Assembly (NCBI GenBank): GCA_963677925.2
Contig: CAXXYH010000004.1
Location: 1,504,001 to 1,568,000, forward strand
Source of the DNA: Spirochaetia bacterium
Lineage (GTDB): Bacteria; Spirochaetota; Spirochaetia; UBA9216
Reading direction: 5' to 3'
Length of the DNA stretch: 64,000 bases
Part shown: positions 46,333 to 54,711 of the stretch, piece by piece
How positions within the stretch are numbered: position 1 is the stretch's first letter
Layout: each line of letters opens with the position of its first letter
Notes under the pieces: model-generated
What the model saw: the letters and a program-made list of their open reading frames with translations, nothing else
The model's database searches: none
Told to the model about the DNA's origin: nothing
Program-made: the position numbers and the translations under genes

Positions 46333-47394
46333 ATGAAAGCAGTTGTGAAATATGGATATGGAAAAGGTGAAACCGAAATTCGGGAGCGGAATATTCCGGC
46401 GATAGGTGATGACGATATACTTCTCGAAGTAAAAGCTGCAGGGGTCTGTGGAACTGATATTGCCTTTGATGACGGCGGCCATGAAAATCTTCTTAGACCG
46501 CCGGTAATCCTTGGGCATGAGTTTTCGGGAGTTATAGCAGGGATAGGAAAAAACGTTACGGACTGGAAAGTCGGCGACAGGGTAGTTTCCGATAATACCG
46601 GATATGTCTGCGGGAAATGTTATGCCTGCGGCACGGCGAATTATCTGGTATGTCCGGATCGTCTGGGGCTTGGTTATGGAATGGATGGAGGTTTTACCAA
46701 ATATGTAAAAATTTACGGAGATACACTTAAAGTATTTCCTCAAAGTCTGATTCAAATACCTGATAATGTGTCTTTTGAAGAAGCTGCAATCCTGGACCCT
46801 TGCTGTAATGGATATAAAGCTGTATGCCAGGAAGCGAATATGCTCCCGGGAGAGGTCGGTGCGGTTTTTGGTGTCGGTCCTTTAGGATTAAACAGTATTC
46901 AGGCTATGAAGGTAGCCGGTGCTTCCAGGATAATTGCTATCGGTCTGTCCTCTGATACGGAGAGATTTGAGATTGCAAAGAAACTTGGAGCAACAGATAT
47001 TATCATTTCAGATAAAGAAGATGTTGATGATAAGATAAATATACTGACAGATGGAGAAGGTGTTGCATTAACCATTGACGGAGCAGGGATAAATGCCGTA
47101 CTTAGAAAGGCAGTTGATATTACAAGAGCCGGCGGTGAAATTGTTAAAATTGGCTATGATTCAAATCCTTTTTCCTACTCGCTTGATCCTGTGATTGATA
47201 AAGGCGTTAGTATAAAGGGCCATTTTGGTTATGACTGGATGTCATGGAAAAATTCTATTAACCTGCTGGAGGCAGGAATTATAGATCTTAAGTCTATGAT
47301 TTCTCATAAAATGGGCATATCTGAATTCAGGGAAGCCTTTGACCTGGTTAGACAGAGAAAAGCACTTAAAATTATTTTATATCCTGAAGATTAA
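46333..47394 (+). CDS. Zinc-dependent polyol/alcohol dehydrogenase (E. coli YdjL-like)
   Basis: CGTD, GHEFSG, WKVGDRVVSDNTGYVCGKCYAC, AAILDPCCNGYKA and GVGPLG; recalled close resemblance to YdjL. Confidence 0.85.
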   Translation: MKAVVKYGYGKGETEIRERNIPAIGDDDILLEVKAAGVCGTDIAFDDGGHENLLRPPVILGHEFSGVIAGIGKNVTDWKVGDRVVSDNTGYVCGKCYACGTANYLVCPDRLGLGYGMDGGFTKYVKIYGDTLKVFPQSLIQIPDNVSFEEAAILDPCCNGYKAVCQEANMLPGEVGAVFGVGPLGLNSIQAMKVAGASRIIAIGLSSDTERFEIAKKLGATDIIISDKEDVDDKINILTDGEGVALTIDGAGINAVLRKAVDITRAGGEIVKIGYDSNPFSYSLDPVIDKGVSIKGHFGYDWMSWKNSINLLEAGIIDLKSMISHKMGISEFREAFDLVRQRKALKIILYPED

Positions 47395-47439
47395 TTTGAA
47401 GTTTATGTGCTGCAGCTGCAGCACTTTTCATATATATAA

Positions 47440-48909
47440 TCAAACAGAACCCACAGCTTCAAGGTACTTCATGAATAATTTAAATTTGTGATTGTAGATC
47501 CTGGTATGTGAACTGTCAGGATAAAATGTTTTTGAAATCTTAACCATTGATTCTGCGGCTTCATAAAGTGATGTATAAAATCCTGAACCTACAGCAGCTG
47601 TCATTGCAGCACCCAGTGTGCCCAGTTCTTCTGCACTGGTAATCTGCACCGGTATATCTAAAATATCTGCAAACATTTGTACCCAGACATCGGACTTTGA
47701 TGCTCCTCCGGAAATCTTGATTATCTCTGGTTTATCCCTGTATTTGAGTAACTTATCAATATGCAGTTTGTGTCCGAATACAACTCCCTCAAACACAGCT
47801 CTCAGCAGATGCGGTCTTGCATGCCAGCCCTTAAGCCCTATAAAACTGGATGTCATTTCAGTCGCAATATTGCTTTTAAATATAAAAGGAAAAAAAATAA
47901 GCTCAGAATCTTCAGGCCGAACTGAATCAACTAAACGGCTGGCATATTCATAGTCATCACTTTCTAATAGGTTTTTCATAAACCACTCAAGATTTGATGC
48001 GGATGTAGGGCTTGCCTCTGTTACCAGCCAGTATCCCGGAAGGCAATAGGTACTATTCATAAAAATTTCATGGGTTCCGACAGGGGCTCTGCTGATATAC
48101 TCATTAATACTCCATGTTCCGGCAATTACGGTGAGAGCCTTCTCCGATGTGAGGCCTGTGGCAATGGCGCATGCATGGATATCAAACAAACCTGCAGCTA
48201 CCGGTGTTCCCTCTTTTAAGCCTGTTTCCTTTGCAACATCGGTTATTAGAAATCCGCAGTTATCTGTAGATCTTCTTAGCGGGGGTAGTTTTTCATAAAT
48301 ATCGGAAAGGCCGAATTCTTCCAGCAGTTCTAAATCAAATTGACCCGTTTTTTGATTAAGAAGACAGGTTCCGGAATAATCTGTTATTTCTGAATATGCT
48401 TCGCCTGTGAGAAGGAAGCGGACATAGTCCTTGCACATGAAAATCCATTTGGTTTTTTCAATTATTTCGGGTTTATGATCTTTGAACCACCTTAGTAGAG
48501 CAACAGGCTGCCCGGCCCAGAGCGATTGAAGGGTTTTATCATTTATTTTATTGAAGGTTCCATCTTTATGCCATTTCTCAATATATGATTCAGCCCTTGA
48601 ATCTGTAGACATTATTCCATTATAAACAAGCTCGCCATCATAACCTGCCAGATATAAACCGTTACCATATCCTGTCTGTGAAATCCCTGCTATATCATCT
48701 GCTGAAACTCCGCTAGCCTCCAGGGCTTCTCTCATTACGGCTATGTTTGATTCGCGGAATGCACTCATATCTTTTTCGGTATGGCCGTGTTCCGGGTAAA
48801 ATATTTCAACCTTTCTGCCGGCAATTGACATAACGGTACCCTCGGAACGGTATACGCCTGCTTTACATACTGTGCCGCCATTATCAATTCCAAGAAAGTA
48901 TTTATCCAT
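47440..48909 (-). CDS. FGGY carbohydrate kinase, L-xylulokinase-like (paralog of 24736-26199)
   Basis: Colinear with the first kinase; shares GIDNGGTVCK, LTVIAGTWSINE and PGYWLVTEASPTSASNLEWFM. Confidence 0.88.
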   Translation of the reverse strand: MDKYFLGIDNGGTVCKAGVYRSEGTVMSIAGRKVEIFYPEHGHTEKDMSAFRESNIAVMREALEASGVSADDIAGISQTGYGNGLYLAGYDGELVYNGIMSTDSRAESYIEKWHKDGTFNKINDKTLQSLWAGQPVALLRWFKDHKPEIIEKTKWIFMCKDYVRFLLTGEAYSEITDYSGTCLLNQKTGQFDLELLEEFGLSDIYEKLPPLRRSTDNCGFLITDVAKETGLKEGTPVAAGLFDIHACAIATGLTSEKALTVIAGTWSINEYISRAPVGTHEIFMNSTYCLPGYWLVTEASPTSASNLEWFMKNLLESDDYEYASRLVDSVRPEDSELIFFPFIFKSNIATEMTSSFIGLKGWHARPHLLRAVFEGVVFGHKLHIDKLLKYRDKPEIIKISGGASKSDVWVQMFADILDIPVQITSAEELGTLGAAMTAAVGSGFYTSLYEAAESMVKISKTFYPDSSHTRIYNHKFKLFMKYLEAVGSV

Positions 48910-49009
48910 TAAGCTTGCCTTCTTGTTTTTGTATCAAATGCTTATTCTTTATGCAATCTTATCAATATAAGGCTTGAAGTTTCAAGACAGGCGATTTGGA
49001 AAAATCTAA

Positions 49010-49978
49010 TCAGCTGTGGCTTACAGATGCAATCAGGGTTAGAGCCTCGGTCTCCGCCTGTGTCGGCAGGTCGGCTGTTGTCATTGGCGTTATAGCATCA
49101 AGTTCATCGGAATAATCAGTTGTATTTGCCGGAACAGTAGATGAACCTGTGTCGCTAAGCCCCTGAAGATAGCTGAGTGTTCCGACCTGGCTGGCATCAA
49201 ATTCAAAGTATGCTCCGCCTGTAACCGCTTCATTGTCTGTCAGGTACATAAGAAAAAAGCCGGAGCCTTCGGATACGCCGTAGCCTATAATATTGTGGTC
49301 ATAAACTATGCCTTCTCTGATTACCGAAATTGTGAATGTGTGGGTCTCAGTATTACCTGACAGTTTTGCCATAACATTCTCCCATCCTGAATTACCGCCC
49401 TCGGTCACGTAATTTGCGCTGAACATTCTGATATCGATTAAATGGGTACTCTCATCGTAGGTTCCCTGTACTATGAACTTGCTGTTTTCCAATCCCGATG
49501 AACTTTCACTTACAACCAGCATCCGGTAGCTAGTTCCATCCACATAGGCATAGCTCTTGTGAGGCATTGTCATGACCCCGGCTGTTCCGTCATAGTATAG
49601 GCTGTACTTTGCAGAGTCGGTCCCGTTAAAACCGAGATCAACCTCATCCGGAAGAGCTACCTCCTGAAGTGTGATCGCCTGTGTGTTCAGACTTATGCCT
49701 ATACTGCTGAAATATTCATCAGCGGTTTCCATCAGGCCGTAGAGATTGAAGTAACCTACCGGTTCTCCGTCTCCCTTGAGTATTCCGTAAAGCTCATAGA
49801 TTGCTCCGCCGTTGTCCCAGGTGGCCCGGGATGTATCCGATGCGAATTCGGGTGCGACTTCTTCTACTGCTTCATAAAAAAGTCCGGGAGTGATTCCGCT
49901 GAGCAGCCCGTCACATGAGAAGAACAATGCAGCAAGACAAATCAGTACGGCGATAATTATACGATTCCCTCTTATCAT
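49010..49978 (-). CDS. Hypothetical lipoprotein
   Basis: GGAGG RBS, LFFS-C lipobox, acidic Gly/Ser/Thr-rich body. Confidence 0.75.
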   Translation of the reverse strand: MIRGNRIIIAVLICLAALFFSCDGLLSGITPGLFYEAVEEVAPEFASDTSRATWDNGGAIYELYGILKGDGEPVGYFNLYGLMETADEYFSSIGISLNTQAITLQEVALPDEVDLGFNGTDSAKYSLYYDGTAGVMTMPHKSYAYVDGTSYRMLVVSESSSGLENSKFIVQGTYDESTHLIDIRMFSANYVTEGGNSGWENVMAKLSGNTETHTFTISVIREGIVYDHNIIGYGVSEGSGFFLMYLTDNEAVTGGAYFEFDASQVGTLSYLQGLSDTGSSTVPANTTDYSDELDAITPMTTADLPTQAETEALTLIASVSHS

Positions 49979-50032
49979 AGTTTTCCTCCAAAAACAATTT
50001 GAATATGAGTTTGAAATTAATTATCGCGGATC

Positions 50033-50068
50033 AAAAAACCGGAAGCAAGTTCGACATGCTTCCGGTTT
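50033..50068 (-). terminator. Intrinsic terminator of the PEGA-lipoprotein operon
   Basis: AAACCGGAAGCA-N9-TGCTTCCGGTTT, with a T run on the minus strand. Confidence 0.75.
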
Positions 50069-50093
50069 GATTTGCTGTTATGTGATGCAGGCT

Positions 50094-51443
50094 CTAAAGG
50101 GCTGGAGGGGTGTACTCGAGTATACTGTAGCGGTAGGAGGTCTCAGCCCGATAGTATTTTCCATTATACCAGTGGTTCTCGGGCAAGCTGCCTGCATAGT
50201 ATTTATAACCAAATATTCCCTCGGCAATATCCGGAACCTCAATCCATCGGAAACCTTCAACCCCATCGGCATTGTAGATATAGGTTGCACTGTAATCATA
50301 AGAACTGAATTGCATAACAAATAAATTATTAACAGATCTTGAAAAATAACTTTCAATTCCATCATCAGAACCGAGAGGGAAAGTATCCATAATTTCAAAC
50401 TGAAGCGAATTGCTGTTAAATCGGTAAAGGCTGTCAGTAATCAGCTCATACGATTCATCAGTGTCGTCCCAGGCAGATGTAAAGAAATATATATCATCTT
50501 TATAGATAACTGAACTGACTGAATCACCCGCTCCAAGTTCGGGATTATCGCTGTATTCAACCCTTTTACATGTGAGATCACCGCCAAGATCAACATAGTC
50601 AAGAAGCACAGGATCGTAGTCAAGGCTGTCTTCACTGCTGCTTACCTCATCAAACCTTAGATTACAAATAATATTTGTACTTGTCAGAAAATAGCTGTCA
50701 CTGTATGAATCCTCCGGTGATTCAAGGTTATAAGTCAGTGATATTTCATCAAATGAGTCTGTACCGAAGTTGAATTCCCAGACGGTATCGAGAGCTGAAT
50801 TACGAAGTATAAATCTATTATCATTGCTCAGATAAATTACAGATGTATTAAAGGTTTCAAGCAGTATGAAACTCCCGTCAGTGTATTCATAAACTGAACT
50901 GCCCGATTTAATAAAATATCGATCACTGCAGGTGATAAAACCAAGCATGGAACCCTCAGGAATATTTAAACTGTCGGTTATTTCATCCCATATACCGCTG
51001 CCGGAACTGTAGCGGAGGTATCTGTACATACTGGTAGAATCAGCGTTATTGAAATAATAATATTCAAGAACTATGTCACTTCCGATGTTATATGAACCAT
51101 TTAAATAAAAAGAGTCCAAATCAGATAGGTCGGGCATGGTGAGAGTCTTTACTTCAAAGGTTTCAAGATTTATAGCTGTAAAGAGAGATAGTTGGTAGGT
51201 CAGGACAGTTGAATGAATGCAGTAATAAATATTATCTGCAATAATGTTATTCTCAATATATCCAAACTCATAGTCAAGTTCGTCACCGCTTAGAAAATAT
51301 CTGCGCCAGTAGTTTGAGTCTGCATTGTTTTCGGTAGAATTGAAGTTATCGACCGCATCATAGAATGTCTGAGGATTAAACAAGTCACAGGCTGCAAGGA
51401 GCGTAACTGTTACTGTAAAAAGCAGAATTATTCTCATTTTCAT
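50094..51443 (-). CDS. Hypothetical lipoprotein (beta-rich, Tyr/Ser/Asp-rich)
   Basis: LLAA-C lipobox, GGAGG RBS, ATGA overlap with the upstream gene. Confidence 0.75.
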   Translation of the reverse strand: MKMRIILLFTVTVTLLAACDLFNPQTFYDAVDNFNSTENNADSNYWRRYFLSGDELDYEFGYIENNIIADNIYYCIHSTVLTYQLSLFTAINLETFEVKTLTMPDLSDLDSFYLNGSYNIGSDIVLEYYYFNNADSTSMYRYLRYSSGSGIWDEITDSLNIPEGSMLGFITCSDRYFIKSGSSVYEYTDGSFILLETFNTSVIYLSNDNRFILRNSALDTVWEFNFGTDSFDEISLTYNLESPEDSYSDSYFLTSTNIICNLRFDEVSSSEDSLDYDPVLLDYVDLGGDLTCKRVEYSDNPELGAGDSVSSVIYKDDIYFFTSAWDDTDESYELITDSLYRFNSNSLQFEIMDTFPLGSDDGIESYFSRSVNNLFVMQFSSYDYSATYIYNADGVEGFRWIEVPDIAEGIFGYKYYAGSLPENHWYNGKYYRAETSYRYSILEYTPPAL

Positions 51444-52984
51444 CTTTCTACCTCCTGAAGCCTGAATTTCAAATCACTTATATTGTTTTCAATCTTCTCA
51501 ATATTCGGTCTGAATAGAAAAAATACTCCTCCTATAAGACTGCCTGCTCCTCCGCTTATGAGGCTTATATCCCTGGTCATTCTTAAGCCCGGATCTATAA
51601 GCTCGATTGAGCTGTTGATGCTGTAGTTGAGCGCAGTCAATGTATCAGGATCGGTTTCTGAAGCATACTGCTCTGTAAGGGTTTCAATCTTGTTTATGTT
51701 ATACTGAATCAGGCCTTCTGCAGTTCCTCCGGTAAGCAGAAATGCTCCTCCGATTGAACTGAATACAGTTCCCCAGATATTCAATGTCTTTCTGGTTTTT
51801 ACAGCTTTTTCTAACTTCAATTCCATGGCAATAATCGCCTGCCTTAGTTCCCATGATTCGTTATGGACAAACTCCGGCTGAAGTTCAATGCTCTCATTCT
51901 GCTTTAAGCTAAGCGAACCAGAAACTGTTTCAAAATCTGGGTGTGTTATCTCGTAACTCCATGAGCCCGCAGGAATTGTATTTCTCTGGTTTGCAGAAAG
52001 AATCGGCAGGCTTTCAGGACCTTCGAGTGTAATTTCAGTATTCTCGGGTCCTGCTACTGCAAGCGTCCCTGCCTTAAGCAGCTGGGCATTTATCCTGGTT
52101 GTCTTACCAGTTTCTATGTCAGCTTCGGTATCAAGGTACCAGCCGCCGCCTTCAATATGAATTGAACGCTTTCCGATAAGGACATTCCGGTTAAGTCCTG
52201 TTTTTCCGGCCCGGTCGTCAACAGTAATTTCAATGTCCTTTGCGCTGGATGGAAGCACTACAAGAAAGAGGTTTCCTGTCAAAGTTGAACGATCGGCAAT
52301 AACTTCCTTAATCTCTTTTGAAGAGATGCTTATCTCAGATTTGTATTCATAATCACCGGCTTTTGCTTCAATAAGGTGAACGCCGAAACTGATTTCTTCG
52401 ACAAGTACCGGGGTCTCTCCATATGATTTTCCGTCGATGAATACCTCAAGGGTCATATCTCCGGGGGCTGTAACATAGAGACCTCCGTTTTCGGCTATTC
52501 CTTCTCCGCCGGTATATTTAAGACCAGCAAGGGCAAAGGTTGCGGTGAACACATCATCCTGCAGGCTTTCAAGGCCGGATATATTGGCAACTTCGGCACT
52601 GAGGGTCATTCCGGTACTCACGTTGACAAGTCTTAGTGCAAGCACAAAGCTGTCTTCTAACCGGGAAAGTTCGCCGACAACTATCTTGTCAGCAGCAAGG
52701 AGTTCTCCTATTTCGATGGCGCATGACTCGTCGGTACAGCCTGAAAGACTGAAGGCCTGGGCGGCAAGTATTTCCTCAACATCGGTATAGGACAGTACGG
52801 CATATCTGCCGGTTTTGATAAGTGCTGTTTCGACCATGTTCCTGCATGTATCAGCCAGAGTTTCTGCGGTGTCTTTGGCTGAAATACTGGGAACAGCAAG
52901 CAGCGGCAAATCTTCAGAAAATATTGGGCTGGAAATAGATGCAAGAAGAAGAACAGCTGCAAGCAGTAAACACATTCTTCTCAT
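51440..52984 (-). CDS. Secreted CsgG/TolB-N-like plus PEGA domain protein with a C-terminal hydrophobic hairpin
   Basis: Signal peptide; QAFSLSGCTDESCAIEIGELLAADKIVVG; PEGA-like VFIDGKSYGETPV...GVHLIE; two C-terminal Gly-rich hydrophobic helices; GGAG before ATG 52984. Confidence 0.75.
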   Translation of the reverse strand: MRRMCLLLAAVLLLASISSPIFSEDLPLLAVPSISAKDTAETLADTCRNMVETALIKTGRYAVLSYTDVEEILAAQAFSLSGCTDESCAIEIGELLAADKIVVGELSRLEDSFVLALRLVNVSTGMTLSAEVANISGLESLQDDVFTATFALAGLKYTGGEGIAENGGLYVTAPGDMTLEVFIDGKSYGETPVLVEEISFGVHLIEAKAGDYEYKSEISISSKEIKEVIADRSTLTGNLFLVVLPSSAKDIEITVDDRAGKTGLNRNVLIGKRSIHIEGGGWYLDTEADIETGKTTRINAQLLKAGTLAVAGPENTEITLEGPESLPILSANQRNTIPAGSWSYEITHPDFETVSGSLSLKQNESIELQPEFVHNESWELRQAIIAMELKLEKAVKTRKTLNIWGTVFSSIGGAFLLTGGTAEGLIQYNINKIETLTEQYASETDPDTLTALNYSINSSIELIDPGLRMTRDISLISGGAGSLIGGVFFLFRPNIEKIENNISDLKFRLQEVER

Positions 52985-53093
52985 ATTTTTCTCCAGAAAC
53001 TTTGATAATTTCATATGGATAATAACATTAAAAGGATGTAAAAATCAATTAAAGGGAAGGTGTAGTCAGTTTTTTAACGTAAACCAAACCGCT

Positions 53094-54026
53094 TCAGATA
53101 AGAAAAAATACTCCGCTTAATATCAGTATAAGCGCACCTGCGGATGTAAGTAATAAATGGGCCAGCTCCTGGTTAAAGCCTGAGTTTTCTTTTCCTATAG
53201 CCGATACCCGGTTCCGCAGAATTACTGCGGCAGGAGGGATGATTGCGAGCAGGGCGCCCATTCCGGCCGACATCGCCGCGGCAGATAATACTCCCAGTAC
53301 CGGGACTCCGAAGCCGAATGAAAAGATCATTATTGCGGCAGCACCGGGGCAGGGGACGAGTCCTGAGATGATTATCAGGAATATGATGTTCCGGTTATCA
53401 GTGTCGGCTTCATTACGTTTTCTGAAATATTCAGCCAGGGCTGTTACTATCAGAAAAATCCCGAGTGCCAGGATGAGTCCATAACTCGCCTTTTCTATCA
53501 GCGGGGCTATGTCATTGAATCGTCTGGATAGAGCCTTTGCCGTGATTAGATAGAGGCCGCCGATAATTACAATAGCAGAGAAGGCGTGCAGGACAGCGGT
53601 CAGAAATCCTGCCGCCATTCCTTTTTTCCATTTTGACGGGGAGCTTAGAAAATACGAAAAGAGTACAACCTTGCGGTGACCGGGCCCGAGAGCGTGCAGG
53701 AAGCCGTAGGCAAAGGATAACAGGAGAATCAGCCAGAGGCCTGATTCGTTCTTGCCTGATTTATAGTCAGCAATAAATCCGGAGATAGATGCCTGCAATT
53801 TTTTCTGGGCTGTTTTTATTTTCTGCATCAGCTCTGTATTCTGCAGTGTGAATCCAGGTGCTTTTATCTGTCCGGTTTCAGTTGGTGAATTATTTGCAGC
53901 TGCGGGTGCTGTCTGTCCGTTTTCTGAAGTGGAGGACAGGAAGGGGTTCTGCTGTGCTGTTACGGAAAAAACAGCGCAGAAGCTTAGCACTATGATGCAT
54001 ATGAATATTGCTGATTTTTTAGGCAT
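53094..54026 (-). CDS. Nickel/cobalt transporter, RcnA/NicO-like
   Basis: YGFLHALGPGHRK and GLVPCPGA motifs. Confidence 0.85.
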   Translation of the reverse strand: MPKKSAIFICIIVLSFCAVFSVTAQQNPFLSSTSENGQTAPAAANNSPTETGQIKAPGFTLQNTELMQKIKTAQKKLQASISGFIADYKSGKNESGLWLILLLSFAYGFLHALGPGHRKVVLFSYFLSSPSKWKKGMAAGFLTAVLHAFSAIVIIGGLYLITAKALSRRFNDIAPLIEKASYGLILALGIFLIVTALAEYFRKRNEADTDNRNIIFLIIISGLVPCPGAAAIMIFSFGFGVPVLGVLSAAAMSAGMGALLAIIPPAAVILRNRVSAIGKENSGFNQELAHLLLTSAGALILILSGVFFLI

Positions 54027-54031
54027 TATAA

Positions 54032-54676
54032 TTATCTGCCGGCGTTTTCAAGAATCAGTTCGGTTGGAAAGGTCTGGCCGGTATAAACTGCCCCTTCTCT
54101 TGAAACCAGCTGAGTTGAATTATCATAAAAGATCGGAGCATCCTTATTTTCCGAAAGTTCCCATGAAACCGCAGTGCTATTGTCGGAATCCATTTCGATA
54201 GGGTCTTCTTCCATATAAGCGATATCACAGAAAAAACTCTCATCATAAACCGCGACACGAATCATACCGTCATCCCTGAGCTTAACCGGTTCGGGACTGT
54301 TTACCGGAAGGAAAAATTCATATCCGAGCCGGTTCTCAGTCATGAATGCTGAGAAGTCGGTGAAGGTCTCAGCAGGAGATATTTTACCGTCTATATTGAA
54401 GAAGGTGAAATAGTTGTAATTTACCAGGTTGATGAATGAAGTGTCCCTGATGATAACGATATCCTCGTCATTCAGCTCTTCCTTCCATCCTATCCCGTTA
54501 TCCATCAGTACATTTCCGGTAAAAACCATATCAAAAACCCAGTGAATATAAACGCCTTCAAAACAGCCGTCTCTTATAACCGGTTTAAGTTTCATATCTA
54601 TAAACATATGAGGATGTGCAAAAACCGCTGCGGGTATGAGTACTATGAAAAATAAAGTTATAATTGCCTTCTTCAC
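54032..54676 (-). CDS. DUF1007-family periplasmic protein
   Basis: Signal peptide then AHPHMFID, WVFD and VYDESFF; typical partner of RcnA-like genes. Confidence 0.85.
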   Translation of the reverse strand: MKKAIITLFFIVLIPAAVFAHPHMFIDMKLKPVIRDGCFEGVYIHWVFDMVFTGNVLMDNGIGWKEELNDEDIVIIRDTSFINLVNYNYFTFFNIDGKISPAETFTDFSAFMTENRLGYEFFLPVNSPEPVKLRDDGMIRVAVYDESFFCDIAYMEEDPIEMDSDNSTAVSWELSENKDAPIFYDNSTQLVSREGAVYTGQTFPTELILENAGR

Positions 54677-54711
54677 ATTAAAATAATATCAGTATTGTCC
54701 TGCAGGGTCTA

